Part shown: in pieces, positions 41,953-61,225 of the stretch
How positions within the stretch are numbered: position 1 is the first letter of the stretch
How the letters are laid out: each line of letters starts with the position of its first letter
Assembly: GCF_018977255.1 (NCBI RefSeq)
Contig: NW_024705084.1
Location: forward strand, 1-64,000
Length of the DNA: 64,000 nt
Direction of reading: 5' to 3'
DNA from: Callorhinchus milii
Taxonomy: Eukaryota
Notes under the pieces: generated by a model
Seen by the model: the letters and a program-made list of their open reading frames with translations, nothing else
Database searches by the model: none
Told to the model about the DNA's origin: nothing
Made by a program: the position numbers and the translations under genes

Positions 41953-44900
41953 AAAGGAACGCTCCATCGGACGCATAACTTGCCATTATTCTTGTGGAGT
42001 CGGTCAGGTTCTGACGCTTTGCCTGAAGTGGGTGAAACAGGTACCTCAGGAATGCAGCAGTGATCGACATAGCGTGATCTGCGAGGTGGAATGTTTTATA
42101 AGTAGAGGGTGTGGAGCGATGCGACAATGTTTGCTGTTAGCTTTAGCCTTGGAGGCAATATGGAGGCAGGGAATCGGGCAGTTTGCCACAGGAATCAAGG
42201 TATTAGCTTGTGTGGCTCCGAAAGGTGTGAATACCCCCAGCCTGCACGATGGGACTTCATGCCCACGCACCGCCCCCCCACCCCCATACCCCTCTCCGAA
42301 CTGCTCACCCAACCACCCACCACCCCAACCCCAACCCACTACCCGTACGTAGCCTCCCCTCGAGTGGCTCCGACCTCCTGAATGTCCCCCAAACGCTCTT
42401 TCTCCATCCCTCCGCCTCGCCCTTTCCTTCCCCATCAAGGCGCGGCCGAGTCCCGCAAACAGCCGTGGCTTGAGCGAGCGTTAATCCCTCAAAATATTTT
42501 TTTTGGAGGGCTCATTACCCCCCCCCCCGGGAAAGCGATCTGCTAACAAGCGGTAAACAGAGGCGTGTGTGTGTGTGTGTGTGCGTGTGCGTGTGTGTGG
42601 AGTAAGGAAACTTGCCTAAGGTTTCGCACCTGCCCGGGAATCAAACGCGGGTCCTTTCGCTCGCGAGACGGGTCACTACACTGCAGCACTCCACAGATGC
42701 AAATTGTTCTTCCCTCTGTGACTTGATAAAACAGCGCAGGAACCTACACCGTGTCCTTCCTGAGTTACGTTGTCGGTAATAATAATATTAACAATAATCC
42801 TCAGACTTCGAGACGCCTCAAAGCGCTTCGCGGGGACGCCCTGAAGAGCGCAGCGACTGTGCGTTTCGGGGGGAGAGGGGGGGCCGAACGCGGCAGCCCA
42901 TTGCGCCCAGCGACGTCCCCACAAACCAGACCTGGATTGAGTGACCCCAGTGGTTTTTTGGGGTTGGAACATTTTCTGGCGTGTAAAACAAATTAGGAGC
43001 AGGACTTGCCTTTACAAGAGAGGTGACTCAGACCCCGATGTGCTGAACGTAAATCCTCCCACACACCCGACAAAAGGCCTGGAATCCAGTTGAAATATTT
43101 ATATACTGAATACGCCTTGCCACGATCTACACCGCTGAAATAGTCCGTTCAAACTAACTGGGCCATTGCGTATTCATAATCCACTTGTCCCTCTGTTCCC
43201 TTCCCCTCCCTCCTGTCCGGTGCTACGCAAGCGTAACTTGTCGTTGTTTTATTCCCCTCTTTCGTACAGAACCATAGAATCCCACAGCGCGGAAAGAGGC
43301 CATTCGGCCCATCGGGCCTCTGCACTTCACACAGCGCCTTACCGCGGCGCTGAGACGTCCTTAAAGCGCTTCACAGAACGCACCGTAGAGCGGAGCGACG
43401 GTGCGTTTTGTGGGCGAAACGAGGCAGCTACTGGTGCACAGCAGCGTCCGATTATTATTCCTCCCGGAGTAATATTATTCCTCCCGGAGTAATAATAATT
43501 TAATCGACGAACAACTGGGTTCTTGGTTACTACCGGTCGCGGAGCGAGGAAACTTGCCTAAGGTTTCGCCCTGTCCTGACCCGCCCGGGAATCTAACCCG
43601 GGTCCCCTCGCTCGCGAACCACTACGCAACGGGACGCCAACATCCTGGATTGGCACGTTATTTGCCAACCGACTCGGGAATAAACCCGGACCGAACATAC
43701 GTGTTAATCTCGTTCCAAAGTCCACTTAAAAAAAAAAAGACGCCTCCACCCAGTTTTACCAAACTCTGGGCTACTGGAGAGCAGAACTGTGTAAAGATAG
43801 ACACGGACCGTGCGCTAACAACCCGAGGATGTGCCAAAGTCCACAGCCTCTGTTAAAACACTCGGTTAATTAAGACGAGTGGGCAGAGAAATAACACGTC
43901 AATACCTACACGGCTCTCCCATGAAAGTTTATGATCCCTTCACGCCCTGACACCTCCCTCCCTGCCTCTCCGACCTGCTTTATACCCACTCGTCCCTTGC
44001 GCCCTCCCGCTCCGCCATGGGTGGCCGCGTTTTTCAGTCACTCCGCCCCGAAAAAGCTGTCGCTCTCTCCCTCAACCCTTGCCCCTAACCTCCCCATCTT
44101 CAGGCCGCGCCTGTCCAGGGCTCTGAGACCCACCCGGGCGGGTCAGGGCGAAACCTTGGGCGCACACACACACGCGCGCGCCGCTGTTTGCCAACAGTAA
44201 GTAGTGACCCGCTCGTCAATCGATGGGCCCTATATTAAATTCAAGAATTATTATTATTATTAGCGCCATATCACATCGTCTCAAAGCGCTTCCCAGGATA
44301 CGGTGTAAAGTGTAGTGACCGTGTATTTCGTGCGGCCAATTGCGCCCAGCAGACCGTTGCGAGTGACCAACTATTTTGTGGCGGAGAGGGATCATTACCC
44401 CCCCCCTTAAAGCGATCTGCCCATCGACTAACAACCGGGTTCCTACTTACTGCTTACTCTTAAACAGAAGAGTGCGCCCGCGTCTGTGCGCGGAGTAAGG
44501 AAACTTGCCCCGTGTGTCCTCTCGCTCGCGAGGCGACTGCTCTAACCACTACGCTACGGGTTCGGTGTGGCCATTGTGCGTTGAAGGGCTTTAAAGGTTA
44601 TTTTTTCGGGGCAAGAAGTGAAACAGGCCTCGGGGGGCGGCGGGGGGGGGGGGGAAATACAAGCTAGGACTCATCTCTCTCTCTCGCTTTCCGAGAGAAC
44701 TCTGTTGAAACCGGTCCGTTGGGTTTCAGGCTAACACGAAGGCCCGTAAGCTGATTTATTCTCTCTCTCTCTCTCTCTCATCTCCTCTTCCCGTGAGCGC
44801 GCAAGATGTTAATATGCAAACCGGTTCCTCGTACGTAGCCATAACAACCTGTCCGCTCCCTCCGCGCGGCAGGCTCGGGCTTGCTCCACATCCCCCGCGC

Positions 44901-45751
44901 TGCCTTGCCCGCTCCGCCATCAGCGGTCAGGCTCTCTGCCCCCCACCCCCCCACCTCTGGAACTCCATCCCACACTCCCTCCGCCTCGCCTTTACCCTTG
45001 CCTCCTTCAAGGCCTCCCTGGAGATCCTCCTGACCAGTCACCCTCCTACCCACCTGCCCTCCACCCGTCCGGCGGATCCCTCTTCCGGTGGGCAATAATC
45101 CCTCAAAAACATAATTTAAAAAAAAGAGAATAAGTTCGGTCACTCAATCCACGACTGTTTGCGGGGCACCGCTGCACAAAATACACAGTCACCACACTTT
45201 TCCGTGTATTCTCCGAAGCACTTTGAGACATCTCGAAGACGTGATGAGGCGCCACATCAAATGCAAGGATTCTTCTTCTTGTTATGTTCTTACGACACCA
45301 AGAAAAGAGAGAAGCTCTTTGTCTGAATAGTGTCGGGGGAGATCTTTAATGTCCACCTGAACAGGAAATGAGGGCCACGGCACCCAAAGGGTTAACATTG
45401 GGGCCCGTCTACGTATATATTTTAACACACAAGGAAACAATAAATTAGACCTTTGTTCTCATTCTTATCTCCTCCCCAGGAAAGACCGTTAGCACAGAGG
45501 TAAGATAGGTAATAATTCACTGACAGACCAATTGTTTCTCAACACTGACGTGTTAGTCGTTTCATCCCACCCCCAGGATGGAGGGGTTAGGGTCACCAAC
45601 CGTACCCCCATTCCCCCCCCATCCCCACCCCCACCCGCACCCCCACTCACACGCATACAAGACGGGAATTAAAAGACGTGATCAGAAGAAAAATTCTCGG
45701 GAATTCTCAAAATGAGTCATGGGAAAATTGGAGCAAGGAGAGAGTTCAGGA

Positions 45752-46103
45752 ACAACAACAACAAGAAGGTTCCATTTATAGAGCGCCTGTCGCGTCGGGA
45801 GGACGTCCCAAGCATTGGGGGGGAAATGGTCAGGGTGAGGGAAGGGAGGGAGCGAGGAGGGGGTAGAGAGTCGAGAGCGGAGCTGAAGGTACGGTCAAAG
45901 AGAAAGGTCTTGAGACCGGCCTTGAAGGAGGAAAGGGAGGAGGCGGCGAAGGCACTGGGGGATGGAGTTCCAGAGCCTCGGGGCTGAGAGGCTGAAGGCC
46001 ACCGATGGTAGGGCGGTTGGGGCGGGGGATGTGGAGCAGACCGGAGCCAGAGGAACGGAGGGTACGGGCAGGTAGGGAGGGGGATAGTAGGTCGGAGAGG
46101 AAG
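45752..46103 (-). mobile_element. L2-type LINE 3' fragment
   Basis: Reverse complement closely matches ~23340-23715. Confidence 0.85.
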
Positions 46104-47225
46104 CACTTATAATAATAATAATAATAATAATCCTTGCCCAGTCCCTGTATAATAATCCTTGGATTTGATACAGCGCCTTACCACGTCTTCGAGACGTCTC
46201 AAAGTGCTTCGTGGAATACATTGGAAAGTGTAGTGACTGTGTATTTTGTGGGGTGAGACGCAGCAGCCAATTGCGCACAGCAGTTTCCCGTAAACGGCTG
46301 TGGGTCGAGCAACGTTTCGCTTGAATAATCCCTTAAGAAAAATTGGGTCACCGAATCCGCGACTGTTTGTGGGGCTCGTCGCCCGGCGCAATGGACTGCC
46401 GCGTCTCGCTCAACAAACACCCAGTCACTACACTTTGCGGTGCCTCCTGTGAAGCGCTAGGAGACATTTCGAAGGCGCGATAAGGCGTTGGTAGTCATAG
46501 CCTTTGCATTTGGCATAGCGCCTTACGCCCTCGAGGCGTCTCAAAGGGCTTCATAGGGTAGACCGTGAAGCGTAGTGACTGTGTTTTGCGGGCGAAACCT
46601 TTCTGTTTTGCTCTCCTGAGGCGCCTTATCCGGCGCCTCGTCAGCCCCACACTCTCGCTGCCTCTCCCAAGGGTTACCATCACGGTTCTCGTCACCGAAA
46701 CTGACTTTAAAACCATACAAAAAGGGCCGAAAGATGGGTCGGTGGGGGGTGGGGGGGAGATCACATGACCAAGTCCGGTCAAGCCGATAAGGGTCCTTTC
46801 ACTGTTAGCCTCCGGGGCAACGCCGAACGGGATCGAAACCTGTTCAAACCCGCCCGGCTTCGGGTATTAAAACCCCACGGGGCGGGGGTTAGGGTTAGGG
46901 TCTGGAAATCTGGGAAATTGTCCGGAGTTTGGGAGGAAAGCGGACAAAGCGGCTTCGGTTCGGGCGAAGCAGGCGGACGCCCGCGCACCGGTTCCCATTC
47001 GAAACGGGTTTGTTTGTTTTTCCTCGCGAGGGGGTTTTCCTGACAAGGAAGGAAGGAAGGAAGGAAGGAAGGAAGGAGGCGGAAGGGAAAAAATAAAAAA
47101 AAAGGAGAGCGTTTTATTTTTTTTGCGTGTGTAAAAAAAAAAGTTGGTGCAGGCGCCGCGCGGGCAGCCCAGGCGGCTGGTGGCGGGGGTCCTCGCGGCG
47201 CCTCAGTCGGGACGGGCCGAGGAAG

Positions 47226-53714
<6,489 letters not shown>

Positions 53715-54417
53715 AGGTAGCCCTTCCTCTCTCTTCCTCTCCCTCGCCTCGTCCCATGGACACAGCCCCGGTCGGCGTGAGAACCCGACCTCCTCTTCCT
53801 CCAGAGCAGAGCGACCAAAAGCAACTCTTCCATCCCGTTTTCTTTTCCCCTCCATTTCCCCCCCTCCCTCCCCCCCTCCCTCCCTCCCTCACGGAACCAG
53901 TCTGGGAATTTGTTGGGAAAAGGCAACGGGGGTTCCTCGGGATTAAGGCTGAACCCGGAATTTTGTCTCCAGAATTCTCGTCTCCCGAGATCACTTGGGA
54001 ACCTGTTGCGACCTGCGTCCTCCCAACAGTGCAGAGGGAGCGTTAACCCTGACCCTGGGGAGTGTGGACGGACGCACAGTGGTGGTAGAGGGAGCTTTAC
54101 TGCGTCTCCAACCCTGACCCTGGGGAGTGTGGACGGACGCGCAGTGTCACAGACGCTTCTGTAAATAACCCGAATGTTGTAATGATCAGCGCCGTTCATC
54201 AGTCGCTGTGTTCACAGGATGCTGCTTGTATATTANNNNNNNNNNNNNNNNNNNNNNNNNNNNNNNNNNNNNNNNNNNNNNNNNNNNNNNNNNNNNNNNN
54301 NNNNNNNNNNNNNNNNNNNNNNNNNNNNNNNNNNNNNNNNNNNNNNNNNNNNNNNNNNNNNNNNNNATGAATGTCCAAGTCTTAAGTTGCACAGTTTTGT
54401 AGAGTCCAGATTCTAAA

Positions 54418-54423
54418 AATAAA
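54418..54423 (+). terminator. Candidate KAT5 polyadenylation signal
   Basis: AATAAA in an AT-rich stretch ~700 nt past the stop (span includes gap 54236-54366). Confidence 0.55.
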
Positions 54424-54559
54424 TATAATTGTAAATTATATAATTAATATCGTCTTTCCCTGTGTGTCATAGAAACTTATCCCATCGTGTCCGTGCTGGC
54501 ACTCGCTCCCCCACCGGAGCCCTCGACGAACCCCATTCCCCGCTCTCTCTCCCCATCGT

Positions 54560-55092
54560 AGCGAGGATTGTTGGACCCTCTCCCAACCCCTCCCTCCGTC
54601 GACTACAGATCAACCAGAACTCTGCAGCCCGTGTCCTCTCCCGCACCAGGCGCCACGACCCCATCACCCCCATCCTCGCCCGACTCCACTGGCTTCCCAT
54701 CACACAGAGGATACAGTTCACCTTCAAAGCCCTCCATGGCCTCGCTCCGCACGACCCCTCCGACCTCCTAAACCCCCTACGGACCCGCCCGCTCCCTCCG
54801 CTCTGGCCCCCGGCTCGCCCGCCCCACCATTGGCGGGCGAGCCTTCTGCCCCCACCCTCTGGAACTCAATCCCGCAGTCCCTCCACCTCTCCCCCTCCCT
54901 CACCTCCTTCAAGACCCATCTCAAGACCCTCCTCTTCGACCGTGCCTTCGATCCCCCTCCTTCCCCCTCCCCCCCCCCCACCCCTTGCCCCCCTCCACCC
55001 TCCCCGATCCCAACCCCGAAACAGATTGTCCAGTGCCTTGGGACGTTCTCCCATCGTGAAAAGTGCTGTACAAGTGTAATGTTGTTGTTGTT
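54560..55092 (+). mobile_element. Degenerate L2-type 3' fragment
   Basis: QNSAARVLSRTRRHDPITPILARLHWLPI in ORF 54462..55079; tail (ttg)n. Confidence 0.8.
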
Positions 55093-55241
55093 TTGATGGG
55101 GGTACGGAGTTTGTGTGTGTGAGATCGGGAGTCAGTGGATAACTGACGAGGACTGGTGTGACGTGGGGGGACGGAGTTTAGTGCGGGTGAGGACGCACAT
55201 ATACAATCCACATTGAATTCCGTATAAAAGCGGGGCTTCTG

Positions 55242-55247
55242 TTTATT
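55242..55247 (-). terminator. Candidate RNASEH2C polyadenylation signal
   Basis: TTTATT on +, just beyond a TG/GA repeat in the 3'UTR. Confidence 0.45.
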
Positions 55248-55264
55248 TTTACACGGGCATAAAA

Positions 55265-55750
55265 CGCGAGTGAGTGCGTGTGTGCGTGAGTGAGTGTGTG
55301 AGTGAGCGTGAGTGCGTGTGTGTGCGTGAGTGTGAGTGCATGTGTGCGTGAGCGCGTGAATGCGTGTGTGTGTGCGTGCGTGTGAGTGTAAGTGAGTGTG
55401 TGTGTTTGCGCTTGTGATTGTGTGAGTGCGTGTGTGCGTGAGTGAGTGTGTGAGTGAGTGTGAGTGCGTGTGTGTGTGTGTGTGAGTGCATGTGTGCGTG
55501 AGTGCGCGTGAATGAGTTTGTGAGTGTGTGTGCGCGTGTGATTGTGTGTGAGTGCGTGTGTGCGTGAGTGAGTGTGTGCGTGTGAGTGCGTGTGTGTGTG
55601 CGCGCGTGAGTGCGTGGTGTGAGTGTGAGTGCGCGTGTGATTGTGTGTGTGTGAGTGAGTGTGTGCGCGTGTGAGTGTGTGTGAGTGTGTGTGTATGAGT
55701 GTGTGAGTGCGCGTGCGTGCGTGCGAGTGAGCGAGCGAGTGAGTGTCGAG
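55265..55750. repeat. (GT/GA/GC) microsatellite mosaic in the probable RNASEH2C 3'UTR
   Basis: gtgagtgcgtgtgtgc units. Confidence 0.9.
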
Positions 55751-55879
55751 AGGGAGAAACGTAACAGATAGCAGGTTAATGAGTCTCGACGCTTCAAAAT
55801 GGTGGCGCCGTGTTGATGGATGGAGCTGATCAGACGCCGGTGGGGGGGGGGGGGGGGGGGCAGCCTTTCGCCAACCGTC

Positions 55880-56172
55880 TCACACCGGGGCGTGAACCTG
55901 CAGAGAAGGGCAAGTCCTGGTGAGGGCGAAACGAGGGAATGTCCGAACGTCTTAGCGCTTAGCGCGCTCTCGCCTCACAGGCGAGCGAGCGGACCCGGGT
56001 TCGGTTCCCGGGGCAGCGCAGAGCCCTCGGCAAGTTTCCCTGCCCCCCCCCCCCCACTCCCACCCCCGCCCAGCGACGCCGGTCAGGCCCTTCCGGGTCC
56101 CGTCCACGAGCCAGCGAGTGCCCCGGAATACCGCGGGCCCTTCCTGGCTCGGGAACCGGGGCTGGAGACCCT

Positions 56173-56205
<33 letters not shown>

Positions 56206-56269
56206 GAGCGCGCGAGTGGGGGGCTCGATCCCCCACCTTCCGTGACCGCAGGAACACCAGGAGTCAATG

Positions 56270-56312
<43 letters not shown>

Positions 56313-58124
56313 CCTGGCGTTTGACCCAGCACCTCACCGCGTCTTCCCGAGACGTCCACAAGCGCTTCACGGGACACACGCGCGTAGAGTGGGGCGGCTG
56401 CGCGTTTTGCGGGCGAAAACGCGGCAGCCGACTGCGCGCAGCCGGGTCCCCGCGAACAGCCGGGGATTCCAGTGACCGAGTTATTATTATTATTATCTTT
56501 TTTTGAAGGGGTTATTAGCCCCGTAAGTGATCCGCCAGTCAACTAACAACCGTTTTAACTGCCGGTAAATAGGGAGGGTTGGGGGGTGGGGGGGGGGAGG
56601 GAGGCGCGTGCGCGTTTGTGCGTGCGTCTGTCCGAAACCTCGGGCAAGTTTCCTTACTCCACACAGAGCCTAATAATAATCCCTCCAAAAAACCCCAAAC
56701 AATAATAAATTGGGTCATTTTCAATCCACGACTGTTTGTGGGACATTGCTGCGCGCAATCGGCCGCCGCGTTCGCCCACAAATATACAGTCAATTCACTT
56801 TACACTGTGTTCTGTGAAGCGCTTTGGGACGTCCTCCCGACGTGTGTGAAAAGCGCTATATCAAATGCGAGGATTATTATTATTATTAACTTACAGCCTC
56901 CGCAACGGTCGGCCAGTTCATCGCCTTGACAGCGCTGTCGTCCGGCCTGGGTGGAGTTTCCAGGTTCCACAAGTCAGGGCAGAGAACGTCGACTTAACCC
57001 GGACAACTCGTTCCTAGAGGTAAAGGTAAAAGGTTTGAGGTTTCGCCCACACCCCGTAGAACTCTCTCCCATGGTCTCCCTCCCTCCCTCACTCCCTCCC
57101 TCCCTCGAGGGAGAGACCAAGCCGAGCCAGGCAGTGCTGTCATCAGAGGAATACTATCAGAGGAGGTATGGGGTTCCTTCACCCTCCCTCCCTCTCTCCC
57201 TCCCTCCCTCCCTCCCTCCCCGCCTCCCTAACACTGACCTCGTCCTCCGCGCACGGCTTGGCTTCTTCCTTCAGGACCATCCCGATGTATCCCTCGGGAA
57301 CGTCAAGGTCCAATCCATGGAGACAGCGACCACGGAACGATGAGGTTACTCCTTGAGGCAGGAAAGTTTTGTGACTCTTTTGAGTGTTACCAACCAACAA
57401 CAACAACAACAATGCATGACATTTACAGAGCATCCTTCAGGTCCAGGGGAGGTCCGGAGGCGCTGGACAGTCAGGGATTTGGACCGGAGCTGGGTGTGGG
57501 AGGGGGAGGGGGTTGGGATCAGGAGGAGGTGGAGGGCGGGGAGGGTGAGGGTAACCGAAGGCACGGTCCAAGAGGAAGATGGACCTTGAAGGAGGCCGGG
57601 GAGGGGGTGATGCAGAGAGACTGTGTACCAGAGAGAGTTTCCTTACTCCCCACACACTCTTCTGTTTACCCAATGCCTGACCCCATCGATAGGAACCTTG
57701 TTGATAGTCAATTGACGGATCGCTTTCGGGGGATAATAATCCCTTCAAAAACATTCTCAAAAAATAATAATGTCGTCACTCAATCCACGACTGTTTGTGG
57801 GGACGCTGACGGGTGCAATTGGCTGCCGTGCTTCGCCCGCAAAACACACAGTCACTGCACTCTACAGTGTAACGTGTGAAGCGCTTTGAGACGTCTCGAG
57901 GCCGCGTTGAGGCACTGCGTCAAATGGGAGGGATCACTGTCATAAATACCTCACTAACCTCCACTCTCGTCTTCCCTTCGAATCGCGGGTGTGAAGTATT
58001 GGGACACTTTAGCAGCTCCATCGCACTCTATCCTCACCGGTAAGAGATGGAGTTTCTCTTTGGGAGCGTTGCTGAGAGAACTCAAGTCCACTCTAACATG
58101 AGGAACACTTCCTGAGGCCGCCAT
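55880..58124 (-). CDS. RNASEH2C: Ribonuclease H2 subunit C; 4 coding exons, ~138 aa; apparent 1-nt frameshift in exon 3
   Basis: Exons 58124-57959 (MAASG...LHLLPVRIECDGAAKVSQYFTPAIR), 57351-57239 (SSFRGRCLHG...VPEGYIGMVLKE), 57013-56895 (119 nt; ERVVRVKSTFSALT-x-WNLETPP...AMNWPTVAEA), 55897-55880 (VHAPV*). Probable 5'UTR exon with donor at ~58984. Tail-to-tail with KAT5 as in human. Confidence 0.9.
56633..56888 (+). mobile_element. SINE body and tail abutting the RNASEH2C exon 3 donor
   Basis: Close match to 41680-41950 and the reverse complement of 35925-36180. Confidence 0.85.
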
Positions 58125-58187
58125 TGATTAACCTGTAACAGAGGAATTGCAACTGACGTTCCATTAATGTTTTTTTTAGTCGGGTGC

Positions 58188-58590
58188 ATCTGACACACAC
58201 ACACGGAAACCCGTCACCGTGACCGGTCGGGCGTCTGACACACACACACGGAAACCCGTCACCGTGACCGGTCGGGCGTCTGACACACACACACGGAAAC
58301 CCGTCACCATGACCCACCGGGCGTCTGACACACACGGAAACCCGTCACCCGTTGCTTAAGAGTCTCCAAACCCGACTGAGAATTCCCCACATCCCCCCCA
58401 CACACACCTCTCTCTCTCTCTCTCTCTGCCCCTGCGAGTAGGTCGGCAAAAGCCAAGGCTTGTGGAGGAATCCAGTGTGTGCGATGAGTGGGGCGGGTGG
58501 GGGGGGGAGGGGGGTGACTGAAGGGGTCTAACCGGCTAAACCTCACAGCTTGGCCATTGACAGCGCGGTCTGGCCAAGCGTTCCCGCTGT
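58188..58590 (-). repeat. Dispersed repeat with ~4 terminal ~41-43-bp tandem units, RNASEH2C 5' intron
   Basis: ggaaacccgtcaccgtgaccggtcgggcgtctgacac repeats, then gttgcttaagagtctccaaacccgactgagaat. Confidence 0.8.
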
Positions 58591-58984
58591 TTGCTACCTC
58601 TCCAACCCGCTCACTCCCCACTGCACTACCCCCCCTGCCTCCGCTCGGCCGGCTCCGGCCGTCCTGCTTTGGCCCTCGTCCCCCCCCCCTCCGCTCCACC
58701 GCCACGAATTGACCGCCCGCATGTTCTGTGGGCAGCCAATCGCTCACGGCAGCGTCCCACAAAGAGTGGCGGTGGGGTTGAAGTCACCAAATTATTATTA
58801 TTATTATTATTTTAAATGTTGAATGGATCCAGACATAACCCGCAGCCTTTCGGGGGGAGGGAGGGGAGGGGGAGAGTTCCAGGTGTCCGCCAACCCCTTT
58901 GGGTGAAAAACTGCCCCTGATTTCACCCCTCAATGGCCCAGTTCCGGTGGTGGTTGTTGTTGTTGTTGTTGTGGTGGTCGTTAC

Positions 58985-59420
58985 CTGGAGATCAGGAGAC
59001 AAGTTTCAAGTCAATTCACTTCCTGGTTCTCACCACGTGGTCATTGTCATCAATGTAGCGACTTGTCTGGGGGGGTGGGGGCGGGGCGGGTCAGCTGACG
59101 TCACTGCTTTTCAGAGCGTGCGCAGTTGCGGTCCACACGGAGCAGAGGCCGCTGGGAGGTGTCGTCTTTCGCTCCACGTGACCGAGCGTGGTGACGGGTC
59201 GGACCGGGAGCTGACGTCACTGCTTCCGAGCCTGCGCGTTGTGGGTGGGTGGGCGGAACGGTGGGGCCGACGTCACTGTTTTCTGAGCATGCGCGGTGCT
59301 GGGTCTCGGCGGCGGAGGCTGCTGGGAGTTGTAGTTCCTCTCGGTTGTTTTTCATGCTGATGGGTCTGGCTGGAGGGACTCAAGAGGGTGTGTCGCCGGC
59401 GTCGGCCGCCAGAGGGCGAC
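58985..59420. promoter_or_regulatory. Bidirectional RNASEH2C/DRAP1 CpG promoter
   Basis: TGACGTCA 59096-59103 and 59212-59219; CGACGTCA ~59268; GCATGCGC 59287-59294; ZNF143-type TGGGAGTTGTAGT 59323-59335; CACGTG 59034 and 59175; CTCF-like CCGCCAGAGGGCG 59406-59418. Confidence 0.7.
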
Positions 59421-60077
59421 AGAGACCACGACTCGTGGGAGAGACTGGAGTTTGTAGCCCAAAGTCAACCAGAGAATAGCCCCAAAGTAGCCCAATATTC
59501 TGCAGAGAGGAGGAAGGGAGAAAAGAGGGGGGAGAAGGGAGGGGAGGAGGGACAGAGAGAAGGAGGGAGAGAGGGAGAGAGAGACAGAAGAGGAGAGGGA
59601 GGGACAGAGAAAAAGAGAGGGGGGGGGAAGGAGAGAGAGAAAAAGGGGGGAAAGAGAAAGGAGGGAAGGAGAGAGAGGGGAAGGAGAGAGAGAAAGGGGG
59701 AAGAAGAGAGAGAAAGGGGGAAGAAGAGAGAAAGAGAGGGGAAAGAGAAAGAGAGGGGGAAGAAGAGAGAGGGGGGAAGGAGGGAGGGAGAGAGGGGATA
59801 TTATTTGTATCACAGACATCAGGAGAAGGTTTTGTGGATAAAAACAGAGAGAAATGTGTATCAGATTCCAATTCTGTCCCTCTCTATATTCTTCTCTCTG
59901 CTCTCTTTCTATCCCCCTCTCTCTTCCTCTCTTTATCCCTCTCTTCCTCTCTCTATCCCTCTTCCATACCCCTCTCTCTATCCCTCTTCCATACCCCTCT
60001 CTATCCCTCTCTCTATTCCTCTCTCCCTCTCTATTCCTCTCTCTCTCTCTATTCCTCTCTCTCTATCCCTCTCTCTC

Positions 60078-60102
60078 NNNNNNNNNNNNNNNNNNNNNNN
60101 NN
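60078..60102. other. Assembly gap (25 N) where DRAP1 5' exons are expected
   Basis: N run between the DRAP1 promoter region and the L2 insertion. Confidence 0.99.
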
Positions 60103-60114
60103 CCTCGCCTCGCT

Positions 60115-61225
60115 TTCAGGGTGACATCATCCTTGGTGACATCATCCGCAAACATGGGGTTAACTTCCACATGTATGCGGATGACACCCAACTCTACCTT
60201 TCCTCCTCTACTCTCAACTCCACGACCACCGATGTCCTGACAGCTGCCTGTCCGACATCGAGTCCTGGACGAGAGACAACTTTCTTCAGCTCAACGTGCG
60301 AAAAACCGAGGCCCTCCTGATTGGCTCACGTCAGCGCCTCCGCACCTCAGGCGCTGACACCATCAGCATCCAAGGCTGCACTCTCCACCTCTCAAAGCCA
60401 GTCAGGAACCTCGGCGTTTTGTTCGACCCTGAGCTGTCCTTTCTCCCTCACATCCGCACCACAACTGGCACCGCCTTCCATCACCTCCGGAATATCGCCA
60501 GATTACGGCACTACCTCACCCCTCACGCTGCTGAAACCCTGGTTCACGCCTTTGTCACCTCAAGGCTGGACTATGGGAACTCTCTCCTCGCCGGCCTTCC
60601 CGGCACCTCCTTCCACAAGCTGCAGGTCATTCAGAACTCTGCAGCTCGTGTACTGTCCCGCACCAGGCTTCGGGACCACATCACTCCCACCCTCGCTCGC
60701 CTCCACTGGCTCCCCATCCCCCAGAGGATTGATTTCAAGATCCTCATCCTCACCTACAAGGCCATTCACGGCCTTGCTCCCTCCTACCTCTCCAACCTAC
60801 TATCCCCCTACCTACCTGCCCGTAACCTCCGTTCCTCTGGCTCCGGTCTGCTCCACGTCCCCCGCCCCAACCGCCCTACTATCGGTGGTCGGGCCTTCAG
60901 CCTCTCAGCCCCGAGGCTCTGGAACTCCATCCCCCAGTGCCTTCGCCTTGCTTCCTCCCTTTCCTCCTTCAAGGCCGGTCTCAAAACCTTTCTCTTTGAC
61001 CGTGCCTTCAGCTCCCCTCTCGACTCTCTTCTCCCTCCTCGCTCCCTCCCTTCCCTCCCCTCACCCTGACCATTTCCCCCCTCCTCTCTCCCTCCCTTCC
61101 CTCCCCTCACCCTGACCATTTCCCCCCTGCTCGGGTCATGACCCAACTGTGCAGCGCCTTGGGACGTCCTCCTGACGTGAAAGGCGCTCTATAAATGGAA
61201 TCTTGTTGTTGTTGTTGTTGTTGTT
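60115..61225 (+). mobile_element. L2-type non-LTR retrotransposon, 5' end not seen; RT C-terminal half plus 3'UTR
   Basis: [22 protein letters not shown] (RT YADD motif), 1-nt frameshift ~60243, then [16 protein letters not shown]...VRNLGVLFD...AETLVHAFVTSRLDYGNSLLAG...LQVIQNSAAR...LHWLPI; tail cagcgccttgggacgtcctcctgacgtgaaaggcgctctataaatggaatc(ttg)n. Confidence 0.92.

Noticed and set aside
46670-46700. Minus-strand ATG|GTAACC first exon divergent from KAT5 (AP5B1- or RELA-like)
   Set aside because: No downstream minus-strand coding exons recognisable before OVOL1.
60296-61069. 257-aa ORF as a host gene
   Set aside because: It is the C-terminus of L2 ORF2 in a partial, frameshifted copy.
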